Made by a program: the position numbers and the translations under genes. From Corallococcus sp. EGB (GTDB lineage Bacteria > Myxococcota > Myxococcia > Myxococcales > Myxococcaceae): a DNA stretch of 64,000 nt. This document shows, in pieces, positions 9,443 to 18,659 of the stretch; position 1 is the first letter of the stretch; every line of letters begins with the position of its first letter. Where the stretch lies: the NCBI RefSeq assembly GCF_019968905.1, contig NZ_CP079946.1, positions 5,793,356 to 5,857,355 on the forward strand, written 5' to 3'. A model generated the notes under the pieces. The model was given only the letters and a program-made list of their open reading frames with translations. It was not told the origin of the DNA and searched no databases.

Positions 9443-10126
9443 TCAGTGGACGGGCTTGCCGCGCGTCAGCTTGCGGGCTTCGTCGCGCGAGCCACCCTTC
9501 ACCGCGATGCGCTTGCCCTGGGGTTCGGCCTCCGGGAGCTTCAGCGAGATTTCCAGCACGCCGTTCTCGAAGTTCGCCTCGACCGACTCCGTGTCGATGC
9601 CTTCCGGGAGCGGGATGGCGCGGCGGAACGTGCCGGTGCCGCGCTCCAGACTCCAGACGCCCTCGGCCTCCTGTTCCTCCTCCACTTCGAAGGAGCGCTC
9701 GCCTTCAATCACGAGCTGATCGTTCTGCAGCTCGACGTGGATGTCGTCCTGCTTCATGCCGGGCAGGTCGGCCTTGACGATGAGCTGCCCGTTCTTCTCC
9801 AGCACGTCCACCTGGGGTGACCAGAGGCCCTCGTCCAGCACGCTGCTCCGGGGGATGAATCCCCGGCCTCCGAAGCCGATGAAGAGCTGATCCATGTCCT
9901 CCATCATCTGGCGCATGAGCCCGAATGGGGTCAGGGGCATGGCCTCCCGCACGGTGGTGGGTACCTGGGATTCACGGCGGGAGATGCCTGAGCCTGTCCG
10001 GGGCTCCTGGCCTTGTGAGCTTGCGCCCTGCTGTACGTCGGACTGGGCGTTCTTCATCGCGGGCGGAGAGGAGGGCTTCCCCTCCGTCCCCGGGTTCCTG
10101 TTGTCGGCAGCCATGATGTCCTCCAA
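9443..10126 (-). CDS. Hsp20/alpha-crystallin family small heat-shock protein with extended N-terminus
   Basis: ACD motifs: PQVDVLEKNGQLIVKADLPGMKQDDIHVELQNDQLVIEGER...GTFRRAIPLPEGIDTESVEANFENGVLEISLK. Confidence 0.8.
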   Translation of the reverse strand: MEDIMAADNRNPGTEGKPSSPPAMKNAQSDVQQGASSQGQEPRTGSGISRRESQVPTTVREAMPLTPFGLMRQMMEDMDQLFIGFGGRGFIPRSSVLDEGLWSPQVDVLEKNGQLIVKADLPGMKQDDIHVELQNDQLVIEGERSFEVEEEQEAEGVWSLERGTGTFRRAIPLPEGIDTESVEANFENGVLEISLKLPEAEPQGKRIAVKGGSRDEARKLTRGKPVH

Positions 10127-10229
10127 GCGGGGATGGAATCATCCCAATCCCAAACCTGGAGGCGCGAGGGAGGGCCATCAAGGGTCCGGGGCCGCCGGCC
10201 CGCCGTGTCTGTCATTGGCGGGAGCCCCG

Positions 10230-11117
10230 CTACGCGAGCAGCGTGGCGTCCATCACGGTGAGCGCCACCCCGCCGACGCGGGCGCGCTCGACGTGGCCCG
10301 GCTGGCCGGTGACCTGGATGTCGATGCGGCCCGGCTTGCCGAGCGTGTCGCCCTGCTCGATGCGACCGGACACCGTGCCGCCGTGCGCGGGAAGGCGGAG
10401 GATGCCGTGTTCAGCGAGGTAGGCGGCGAGCGGTCCCGCGGCGGAGCCCGTGACGGGGTCCTCCAGGATGCCGAAGCCCGGGACGAAGTAGCGCGCCTGG
10501 GCCACGCTCCCCTGCTCCTTCGCTTCGCGGGCGAAGAGGTAGACGCCGCGCAAGCCGTGCGGCATCAGCAGGGCGTTCATCGCCGCGCCTCGCGGCGTCA
10601 GGGCCTCCAGGTCAGCGAGCCGCCGCAGGGGCACCACCAGCCGGTGGCCCTGGCGGATCACCGGCAGTGACGTGTCCACCTGCGACGCTGTCCCGCCCAG
10701 CGTGGCCATCAGCGCCTCCAACGCCACGGGGTTGGGCAGAGCGGGCGGCGGGGGCGTGGCAATCCACACCCGCGTTTCATGCGCGCTCCGAGGCTCCAAC
10801 TCGATGTCGAAGGTGCCACCGGGGCACTCCAGCTTGAACGTCCCGGGGCTTCGCAGGAGCCCCTTCTCCGCGAGCAGATGGAAGGTGGCGACGGTGGCAT
10901 GGCCGCAGAAGGGAATCTCATCCACGGGCGTGAAGTAGCGCAGGCGCACGGTGGCATCACCGGGCCGGGACAGGAGGAAGGCGGTCTCGGACGCACTGAC
11001 GGCCGCGGCGGCCCGTTGCATCGTGGGGACCTCCAGCGCGGACGCGTCGAGCACCACGCCCGCACGGTTTCCTGCACCGGCGGTGCGGGTGAAGGCATCG
11101 ATGATGTGAACCTGCAT
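10230..11117 (-). CDS. PhzF-family phenazine-biosynthesis-like isomerase
   Basis: MQVHIIDAFTRTAGAGNRAGVV...ETAFLL...FTPVDEIPFCGHATV - PhzF/DAP-epimerase-like fold signature. Confidence 0.85.
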   Translation of the reverse strand: MQVHIIDAFTRTAGAGNRAGVVLDASALEVPTMQRAAAAVSASETAFLLSRPGDATVRLRYFTPVDEIPFCGHATVATFHLLAEKGLLRSPGTFKLECPGGTFDIELEPRSAHETRVWIATPPPPALPNPVALEALMATLGGTASQVDTSLPVIRQGHRLVVPLRRLADLEALTPRGAAMNALLMPHGLRGVYLFAREAKEQGSVAQARYFVPGFGILEDPVTGSAAGPLAAYLAEHGILRLPAHGGTVSGRIEQGDTLGKPGRIDIQVTGQPGHVERARVGGVALTVMDATLLA

Positions 11118-11262
11118 GGGCGGACTCCGAGCGTGAGAAGGGCCTGCGAATCAGGTCCAGGCATGCTCCGCTCTCCCCATCGGGTCAAGCGCCGGGCCGG
11201 CATGCCGGGGGGCCTCACAACAGGGTTGAACAGGAGCGCGCGAGCAGGCACAGCAGAGGGAC

Positions 11263-12039
11263 ATGAGTCTCCTGAAGTCGGTTGGATGGGGGGTGCTGGG
11301 GGCGTTGCTCCACGCGAGCGGCGCGGCGGCACAGATCGTCAACGTGCAGGCGCTCTTCGACGAGAAGGCGGAGCTGGGACCGGCCGCGGCCATCGAGTTG
11401 GGGGGAGACTGGCGCACGGGCAGCACGGAGCTGTTCTCCGTGCGGGGCTCGCTGGTAGGCCAGCTGCGCTCCGAGCGGAACGTCTGGCTGGGCGTCATCC
11501 GGGGCGAGTACTCGTTCGCCAGTGGAGAACGGATCGTCAGCCAGGTGATGGAGCACGTGCGCTACCGGCGCAGGCTCACCGAGCGTGTATCAGCCGAGGC
11601 CTTCGCCCAGCACGAATACAACGAGTTCCGCCGGCTCCAGTTCCGGGCCCTGCTGGGCGCGGGCCCGCGCGTCGTCCTGCTCAACGAGGAGAAAACAGGG
11701 CTCACCCTCGGCGTGGCGCTGATGTTGGAGCACGAGCGGTTGCGCAAGGACGGCGAGGTGGACGCGGGAGACCGCTACACGGATCCCCGAGTCTCCAGCT
11801 ACCTGCTGGGCCGCTTGAAGCTGATGGAGAACATCCACCTCGTGGAGACGGTCTACCTCCAGCCGCGAGTCACCCGCCCCGCCGACCTGCGAATCCTCAA
11901 CGAGACGCTGTTCGCGGTGACTCCCAATCCCCGGGTCACGGTGGGCATCGGCTTCAACCTCACCTACGACAGCGCGCCGCCGGCGACGGTGCCGCCCCTG
12001 GACACGCAGCTGCGGACCACGGTGGGCGTGAAGCTCTGA
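11263..12039 (+). CDS. DUF481-like outer-membrane beta-barrel protein with signal peptide
   Basis: N-terminal signal peptide (LLKSVGWGVLGALLHASGAAAQ); alternating amphipathic beta strands, C-terminal aromatic/hydrophobic end (TTVGVKL). Confidence 0.6.
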   Translation: MSLLKSVGWGVLGALLHASGAAAQIVNVQALFDEKAELGPAAAIELGGDWRTGSTELFSVRGSLVGQLRSERNVWLGVIRGEYSFASGERIVSQVMEHVRYRRRLTERVSAEAFAQHEYNEFRRLQFRALLGAGPRVVLLNEEKTGLTLGVALMLEHERLRKDGEVDAGDRYTDPRVSSYLLGRLKLMENIHLVETVYLQPRVTRPADLRILNETLFAVTPNPRVTVGIGFNLTYDSAPPATVPPLDTQLRTTVGVKL

Positions 12040-13279
12040 TCAACAACACGAGAGCGCGCCCACCACAGGAGCGCCAGAGGCGCGCAGCCCACCGGCCCAG
12101 ACATCCCAAGCTGCCGTCAATCCGCTCGTTGTCGTTGCACGCAGCCCCCACGGTGCCCCCCGGCACATCCAACACGGAGCATTCCGCACCAGGCTTGGCG
12201 TCGGACATTTCCGGGACCGGAGGGAACAGCTGCGCCCTGTTCTCTGGCTGCCCAGCAAAGGACTCCGCGAGAGGGCACGGTGCACCCTCTCGCACCGAGA
12301 TGTTCTCCGCAGGTGACGCAAGGTAGCCGCCCCCCTGATTCTCGGCAGCAGGGCGCTCCACCAGCGCGTCGTCCCGCGCGGGAGCTGATGCAATAAAATC
12401 AGGGCCCCGCGATTCCACATAGGGGTGGGCCTCCAGACCTCCGTCCTGAGGAGCGGTGAAGGTGGGAGCAGTAATGAGCCCCTCCTGAGCACGCAGGATG
12501 TCAGGAGAGGCCGACTCCGGCCGGACGGGAGCGAAGGCATCCAGCAAACGCTCATCGCAAGCCCTCATCAGCGCCGGAAGCTCCTGCTGAAGTGCCCGTG
12601 TGTCGCGCTCCGACAGAGCATTCATGGCGCGAATGGCCCACTCGCGCAGCGCATCACCGCCCATGAAGGGCAGCAATCGGGCCGCGGCTCCCAGAAAGGC
12701 CCGTTGCAGGGACTGCACAAGGAGCACATGTCCGGGCCGCTCCGCCACCCGCGCCGCCAGCCGCAGCAACTCAAACTCCACCTGGGCGCACCGCTCTCCC
12801 GACTCCCACTTCCCCGCGTCCCAAAGCCCGAAGCAGACCTGCGACAACTGGTTCAAATCCCCCAGCGAGGCCTTCGCGCAGCAGTCGACCAGGAGCTCCA
12901 CCATCACCTGCCGCCGCAGGCTGAAGTAGCCCTCCAGGAGCCACCGGGCCTCCGGCGAGCGCGCGTCATGCAGCGCCAGCCCCAGGTTCTCCAGTGTCAG
13001 CGACTCATCCAGGGCCACCGCGCGCGTCTTGCGTCCTGGGTGCTGTAACACCAGGCCCCGCGCCGCCAGCCGCCGCAGCGCCTCACGAATGGTGCCCCGA
13101 CACACGTTATGGCGACGCGCCAGCGTCGCTTCCGAGCCGAACTGCCCGCAGGGCGGCAGCCGCCCCAGCGCGATATCGCGCTCCAACTCCGCTTCCACAT
13201 ACGCCACGAGCCCACCACGTCCCATCCCCGTCTCCCTTCCTCGCCCCAGCATCGCCATCCAACCACAGGGGTCTGACAT
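11960..13279 (-). CDS. GntR-family transcriptional regulator (FCD-type) with long low-complexity C-terminal extension
   Basis: N-terminal wHTH: GRLPPCGQFGSEATLARRHNVCRGTIREALRRLAARGLV; start codon uncertain; overlaps 3' end of the upstream + strand gene. Confidence 0.6.
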   Translation of the reverse strand: MSDPCGWMAMLGRGRETGMGRGGLVAYVEAELERDIALGRLPPCGQFGSEATLARRHNVCRGTIREALRRLAARGLVLQHPGRKTRAVALDESLTLENLGLALHDARSPEARWLLEGYFSLRRQVMVELLVDCCAKASLGDLNQLSQVCFGLWDAGKWESGERCAQVEFELLRLAARVAERPGHVLLVQSLQRAFLGAAARLLPFMGGDALREWAIRAMNALSERDTRALQQELPALMRACDERLLDAFAPVRPESASPDILRAQEGLITAPTFTAPQDGGLEAHPYVESRGPDFIASAPARDDALVERPAAENQGGGYLASPAENISVREGAPCPLAESFAGQPENRAQLFPPVPEMSDAKPGAECSVLDVPGGTVGAACNDNERIDGSLGCLGRWAARLWRSCGGRALVLLIRASRPPWSAAACPGAAPSPAARCRR

Positions 13280-13479
13280 GGATGCGCGGGCGCATCATCC
13301 GGGTCGGATGTCGGGAGGGACCGCCCCTGGGGCGCATGAGCTGAAAACCTGTCCGACAGTCGGACAGGTTCGAGGTTCGCAGGCTCGGCCATCGTGTGGC
13401 ACAAACGTGTTCGACAAGCAGAGACGTTCGAGGGCTTCGAGCCTCACAGCGGTGATCAGTCGCACGGAGCCGAGTGCCG

Positions 13480-14395
13480 CAATGGATGAACCGCCCTCCA
13501 CGTCGCGCTGTGTGACTGCTTCGTCGGCCTCCTGGACGGCCACCTCGAGTGTGCTGCCGGGGCGGGCCGCCAACTTCGAGAGCAGAGCCTTGACCTTGCT
13601 CCAGCACAGCTTGATGGGATTGAGGTCGGGACAGCAGGAACAGGACGTCTACCCCAACCGAGCGAAGCCTCCTTGACGCAGGTCGCGTGGTGCGCTCCCA
13701 GGTTGTCCATCACCAGGTCGCCCTGGCGTAGGTTGGGGATCAGGTAGTCGTTGCCGGACAGCAGAGGAACACGGCGCCCGACGTGCCGCCTTCAACTGTC
13801 ATCAGGGCCTCGACTCCGTCCTGGGTGAGAGCACCAATCATGGTGAGAACCGTGTCTCGGTTTCTGGGGACGTGGCCCACCACGCGCTTCGACAGGGCGC
13901 AGGCATACTCACGCTCCATGCCGATATGGCTGCCGGACTCGTCGATGAAGACGGGTCGGTCCCCCCAACGGCTTCGGTGGCCGTGAGGAACTCGGCGCGC
14001 TTCTGATGGACGCTCGGACGCTGACGTCCGCTTGCGACCAGCCCCTTCTTCGTTCGAGAGTCACCGAAGTCGCACGATCATCCGGCCCAAGGTGGGGCGG
14101 CTCAGCGAGCGGCCAAGCTTCCTGATCACCAGGACGACCGGCACGGCAACCGTCGCGTCTGGATTCGCGTCCACCAGCGCCTTCACCCGAGGTAACTCCT
14201 CGTCAGACACGCGCTTGAGCACGCCCGCCAGGAGGCCGCGGCTGCACATCGCCTGTCTCGCGCTTCAGCCGGAGGACCCGGTTCACCGTGGCCCGGCCTA
14301 CGCGGGACTGCTCCGCCAATTCCTCGTACGCCCTGTGCCGCGCTCCTCGCGAATGCGTCGACGCAAGTCCTCGGAGATCGGCCGGATCATCGCCT
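13480..14395 (-). pseudogene. IS630-family transposase, frameshifted/truncated
   Basis: Minus-strand translation gives MIRPISEDLRRRIREERG... (HTH), ...LVMDNLGAHHATCVKEA..., ...DLNPIKLCWSKVKALLSKLAARPG... in at least three different frames. Confidence 0.6.
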
Positions 14396-14447
14396 GAGCA
14401 GCTAATGCCAACCGGCTCGGCTCAAGAGAGCCCCGCTGTCAGGCGGT

Positions 14448-14830
14448 GCAAACCAGTCCGACACTCCTTCAAGTTCGCGTTCTTGGGTCTCAGCCTGCAA
14501 TGACCAGTCCGACAGTCAGACACGTTCATGCCCCGGGCCCTGGCCGCGCAAACCTGTCCGACTGTCCTACACGTTCGCGGGCTTGGGTCTCAGCCCGCGA
14601 CGACCTGTCCGGCAGTCGGACACGTTCATGCCCCGGGTCCTGGCCGCGCAAACCTGTCTGACTGTCCTACAAATTCGCCGGCTTGGGGTTCAGGCTGCGA
14701 TGACCTGTCCGACTGTCGGACACGTTCCTGGCCTCGGGCCCTTGGCCGCCCAAACCTGTCCGACTGTCCTACAAGTTCGCGGGCCTGGGAGACTCGCGAC
14801 AGGGACTTGTCCGACTGTCGGACAGGTTTC
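14448..14830. repeat. ~100-bp tandem direct repeat (~3.8 copies), each copy carrying GTCCGACWGTC half-palindromes
   Basis: Units ...aaaccWgtccgacWgtcctacaMRttcgcgggcYtggg...gacctgtccgRcagtcRgacacgttcMtgSCc... repeated head-to-tail; last unit ends in the full palindrome. Confidence 0.75.
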
Positions 14831-15115
14831 TGAAGAACGCGCCCGGCGGGCGGCCCTGACCGCCATCCCCCGCGTCCCGCGCAATCATGCCGCTTGGGCC
14901 CACTGCGTCTTGCTTCGGGACGTACGGTTCCACGGAGGCCTTGGAACAGTGCGCCTCGTGAGCGCATCTGTCGCGATCTCATCCTGACGCCCCGCTCATG
15001 CTCTCCATCACCATTCGCTGCTGCGCTCAGCGCGGCTTGCATCCTTGCGAAGAGCGCAACGTCCTGGACTCCGTTGGTGGGCTCCTGGCGGCGTGCTTGA
15101 GGGTAGGATTCTGGC

Positions 15116-15967
15116 ATGGCGCCCCATTCCATCTCCGCACCGCTCGTCCTCCTGGGAGGCGGCAAGATCGCCGAAGCGCTCATCCAGGGACTGCTGCGCT
15201 CCGGCCATGCGCAGCCTTCGGAGCTTCGCGTCACCGTGCGCCGGCCTGAGCGCGGAGAGGAATTGCGCTCCCGGCATGGCGTGGACGTCCTCATGGACAA
15301 CGCTCAGGCAGTACGAGGCGCGGGGGTGATCCTACTGGCGGTGCGCCAGGCACAACTGCGCGACCTGATGGCTGTCATCGCCCCGGCCCTGGAACCGGGA
15401 CAGACCGTGGTGTCGCTTTCCGCGGATGTGAGACTCGCGCAGTTGGAGGCGGCCTTGCCCTCCTGCGTCTCCATCCTTCGCGCCCTGCCTCATACACCCG
15501 TGCGCGTGGGAGCGGGCGTGACGCCCCTGACCGCTGGGACCCGGGCGACGGAGCCCGCGAGACAGGCGGCTGAGTCTGTCTTCGCGGCGACGGGACGGCC
15601 ACTGTGGATGACCGAGGAAGCGCTCACGATCTGCACGGGCGTGTGCGGCACGGGCCCCGCGTATGTCTTTCGCTCCGTGGAGACCCTGGCCCAGGCCGCG
15701 ATGGCGCACGGGATGGACTCAGCGGAAGCGGCGGCGCTCGCCAGGGAAACGCTCATCGGCGCGGCGAAACTGTTGGCCGAGCCCGGCGCCACCACCGCTC
15801 GCCTCATCACGGAAATCGCGACCCCTGGAGGCATCACCGAGGCGGGACTGAAGGCCCTGGAGGCCCAGGGGCTTCCCCGTGTCGTGGACGAAGCCGTCAC
15901 CGTCGCCATCCAGCGCACGCGGGAGCGCGCGGACGCGAACGCCATGGCCTACAGCACGGCGAAGTGA
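15116..15967 (+). CDS. proC: Pyrroline-5-carboxylate reductase
   Basis: Rossmann N-term LVLLGGGKIAEALIQGLLRSG; P5CR C-terminal dimerisation region (CGTGPAYVF...GGITEAGL). Confidence 0.85.
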   Translation: MAPHSISAPLVLLGGGKIAEALIQGLLRSGHAQPSELRVTVRRPERGEELRSRHGVDVLMDNAQAVRGAGVILLAVRQAQLRDLMAVIAPALEPGQTVVSLSADVRLAQLEAALPSCVSILRALPHTPVRVGAGVTPLTAGTRATEPARQAAESVFAATGRPLWMTEEALTICTGVCGTGPAYVFRSVETLAQAAMAHGMDSAEAAALARETLIGAAKLLAEPGATTARLITEIATPGGITEAGLKALEAQGLPRVVDEAVTVAIQRTRERADANAMAYSTAK

Positions 15968-16632
15968 CGCTTCAGCCCCCGCTGGCCTCCCAACGTGACG
16001 ATGAGGCCCCGGGACCCGGGCTGACGTTCCACCCACCCCAGCGCGAGCACACGTGAGGCAAGCGCCGCGCCCAGCGCGCCCGCGAGGTGGTCTCGCCGCT
16101 CGCTCCAGTCCAGACAACGGTGCGCGAAGTGCCGACGCTGCTTGCGCACGCTCGCCAGATCGATGCCGAAGTCCTGGAACCAGGCCTCGCCGCTCGGGGT
16201 GAGCGCGAACGCTCGGCGGCGGAGGGAGAGATGTCCGGCCCGGAGGAGCGCGTCGGTGATGCCCATGCCCAACCGGCCCGCAAGATGGTCGTAGCAGTAG
16301 CGCGCGGCGCGCAGCGGCTCCGGCGTCGCTGACGCACGGGGCCCCCGGACTGCCACGGACATCAGCGCCTCCACCATCCGCGCCACGGTGGGCGTGGCGA
16401 GTCGGAACACCTTGTTGCGCCCCTGCCGGGTGGAGCGGATCAGCCGGGCCTGCTCCAACCGATGCAGGTGCGCTGTCGCTGTCGCTGGGCTGACGCCCGT
16501 GCCGAACGCGAGCTCCTTGGCGACAAGCGCACGCCCCTCCATGAGCAACTCCAGCATCCGAATCCGCGTGGCGTCCCCCACGGCCGCGGCCAGCGTCGTG
16601 AGGTCCGGCCCTGCATCCATCGTTCGCTCCAT
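15949..16632 (-). CDS. ArsR/SmtB-family transcriptional regulator
   Basis: LAAAVGDATRIRMLELLMEGRALVAKELAFGTGVSPATATAHLHRLEQARLIRSTRQGRNKVFRL - ArsR HTH; divergent from P450 operon. Confidence 0.75.
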   Translation of the reverse strand: MERTMDAGPDLTTLAAAVGDATRIRMLELLMEGRALVAKELAFGTGVSPATATAHLHRLEQARLIRSTRQGRNKVFRLATPTVARMVEALMSVAVRGPRASATPEPLRAARYCYDHLAGRLGMGITDALLRAGHLSLRRRAFALTPSGEAWFQDFGIDLASVRKQRRHFAHRCLDWSERRDHLAGALGAALASRVLALGWVERQPGSRGLIVTLGGQRGLKRHFAVL

Positions 16633-16695
16633 GACGAACCAATTTCTAACACATGGCCGCGACAACGGGAGGAGAGTGCCCGGGACCGAGGACCA

Positions 16696-17817
16696 ATGAC
16701 ACCGCCCAGCGACCCGTATCTGGCCGTCACCCACCCTGACCCTTACCCCTATTACGCGGAGCTTCGCGCCCGGGGTGGACTGCACCGCGTCCCCGGCTTC
16801 AGCCCGTGGATCGCGGCGGACGCGGCGACCGTCCGCGCGGTGCTCACGAGCGAGCACTGCCGGGTCCGTCCACATGCCGAGCCGGTGCCAGCGCATCTGG
16901 TGGGGACCGCCGCCGGCGCACTCTTTGGACGCCTGGTGCGGATGAACGACGGAGGCCCCTACCCCGCCGTGAAGCAGACCCTGTCGCGCGCGCTGCCGGA
17001 GGCGCTGCGCGAAGTGGAGTCGGAGAGCCGTCGCCAGGCGGAACGGCTTTTCACGATGTCTTCGCTGGCCCGGTTGCCGGGCGCGGCCCTCCGATTTCCC
17101 GTGTTCGTGCTGGGTTCGCTGCTCGGACTTCCGGAAGACTCACTGGAGGCGACCGTGGAAGACGTGGAGGCCTATGTCCGCTCGGTCGCCGGGCCCCCGG
17201 CGGGCGGCGAGGCCGCTGCGAAGTTGCACGAGCGAGTGTCGACCTGTTTCCAGTCCACGGCGAGAACCGCGTTCACGGCCCGGCTCGTGGATGGGCCGGG
17301 CGCGGAAGACCTGCGCGTTCCCAACGCCGTGGGCCTGCTTACCCAGGCGTATGAAGCGACGGCAGGGCTCCTGGGAGCGACGCTGCGGGCCTTCGCTCAC
17401 TGGCCCTCACTGCGGGAACAGGTCTCGCGGGGCCAGTGCACGCTCTACGACGTGGTCCAGGAAGCGGCCCGCCATGGCTCCCCCGTCCAGAACACGCGGC
17501 GCTTCACCCATGCGGCCGCGACTGTCGCGGGTCAGGAACTGGAAGCCGGTGTGACCGTGGTCGTCGTGCTCGCCGCCGCGAACCGGGATCCGCTGGAGAA
17601 TCCCCAGCCTGATGCCTTCCTGCCCCGGCGCGAAGGCCGCCAATGCTTCACCTTCGGCCTGGGCACGCACGCCTGTCCCGGGCCGCTCCTGGCGAAGGCC
17701 ATGGCCACCGCGGCGGCGGAGCAGGTGCTGGCGAGCGACCTGGACCTGATGCCCCTGGCGGGCCCCGTCACCTGGCGTGCTTCCACCAACACCCGCGTCC
17801 TGGGAGGACTGACATGA
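16696..17817 (+). CDS. Cytochrome P450
   Basis: Haem-binding loop FTFGLGTHACPG (FxxGxHxCxG); stop overlaps next ATG. Confidence 0.85.
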   Translation: MTPPSDPYLAVTHPDPYPYYAELRARGGLHRVPGFSPWIAADAATVRAVLTSEHCRVRPHAEPVPAHLVGTAAGALFGRLVRMNDGGPYPAVKQTLSRALPEALREVESESRRQAERLFTMSSLARLPGAALRFPVFVLGSLLGLPEDSLEATVEDVEAYVRSVAGPPAGGEAAAKLHERVSTCFQSTARTAFTARLVDGPGAEDLRVPNAVGLLTQAYEATAGLLGATLRAFAHWPSLREQVSRGQCTLYDVVQEAARHGSPVQNTRRFTHAAATVAGQELEAGVTVVVVLAAANRDPLENPQPDAFLPRREGRQCFTFGLGTHACPGPLLAKAMATAAAEQVLASDLDLMPLAGPVTWRASTNTRVLGGLT

Positions 17818-18158
17818 TTGCTGTCATCTTCGAGGTCTCGACACACGACGAGCACCGGCAGCGGTACCTGGACCTCGCGGCGCAGCTGCGGCCCCTGCTG
17901 TCGGGCATCGACGGCTTCATCTCCATCGAGCGGTTCCAGAGCCTCAGTACACCGGGGAAATTGCTGTCGCTGTCCTTCTGGCGCGACGAGGCCGCGGTGG
18001 CGGAATGGCGGCGCCAGGAGGCCCACCGTGAAGCGCAACGCGAAGGCCGCGACGGCGTGTTCAACGACTACCGCCTGCGCGTGGCGCATGTCGTACGGGA
18101 CTACGGCTTGAAGGACCGGGCGGCCGTGCCCGCTGACAGCCGCACTGTGCACGGCTGA
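17814..18158 (+). CDS. ABM-domain monooxygenase, translationally coupled to P450
   Basis: MIAVIFEVSTHDEHRQRYLDLA...LSLSFWRDEAAVAEWRRQEAH - ABM fold; ATGA overlap with P450 stop. Confidence 0.7.
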   Translation: MIAVIFEVSTHDEHRQRYLDLAAQLRPLLSGIDGFISIERFQSLSTPGKLLSLSFWRDEAAVAEWRRQEAHREAQREGRDGVFNDYRLRVAHVVRDYGLKDRAAVPADSRTVHG

Positions 18159-18242
18159 AGCGGCCGGCGCACGGCGGCCGTCCTCCCGCCCGTCCCTCCC
18201 CTGCGGGCCATGCCTCCCCTACCTTCCGCGGAGGGGTGCACG

Positions 18243-18641
18243 ATGAAGCGAGGCCATTGGAGACGATGCTGGGGGCTGGCCGCCGGGCTGCTCGGCCTTC
18301 CAGCCGTGGGGCAGTTGGAAGCGCCACCCCCGGGCGCGCCACAGTACTCGTGCTTCCAGGTGGCGCGCGAGGGCAGCGGGGTGAGCGAGACCATCGCTGC
18401 CCAGCTCTGCCAGGGTGCCAGCTCCGACACTCCGGCGCAGTGCTTCCTCCGGGCCAAGGAGAGCGCGTTCCTCGAGGACCCGGAGGCGCTCCAGCTGTGT
18501 CAGTACGCCACCCCCTCGGATGATCCCGCGTCCTGTTTCCTCAAGGCGCGGAAGTCTTCGTTCCTGGACGAGACACAGCTCCTGCAACTCTGCCGGCCCC
18601 CCATCGCGGAGATGCTGAAGCTGTGTCCCTACGGCCCCTGA
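18243..18641 (+). CDS. Secreted cysteine-repeat protein (hypothetical)
   Basis: Signal peptide MKRGHWRRCWGLAAGLLGLPAVGQ; three-fold internal repeat (AQCFLRAKESAFLEDPEALQLCQ / ASCFLKARKSSFLDETQLLQLCR). Confidence 0.55.
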   Translation: MKRGHWRRCWGLAAGLLGLPAVGQLEAPPPGAPQYSCFQVAREGSGVSETIAAQLCQGASSDTPAQCFLRAKESAFLEDPEALQLCQYATPSDDPASCFLKARKSSFLDETQLLQLCRPPIAEMLKLCPYGP

Positions 18642-18659
18642 GCCTTCAGTCCCGGGGAG

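Larger units (their letters stand above)
13346..14830. mobile_element. Decayed IS630/Tc1-mariner-like insertion bounded by near-identical 23-25 bp palindromes (aaCCTGTCCGACaGTCGGACAGGtt)
   Basis: Palindrome at 13346-13370 and again at 14806-14828; interior encodes frameshifted IS630-like transposase on minus strand; subterminal tandem repeats. Confidence 0.6.

Noticed and set aside
13029-13676. 215-aa plus-strand ORF overlapping GntR 5' end and IS remnant
   Set aside because: Spans an intergenic palindrome and the antisense of the transposase fragment; no motifs; an artefact of GC-rich sequence
14626-15300. 224-aa minus-strand ORF and several short ORFs across the tandem-repeat/IS remnant region
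   Set aside because: They run through the 100-bp tandem repeat and palindromes; the translations are just repeats of the DNA motif (…CPTVGQV… repeated), with no start context, so not protein-coding
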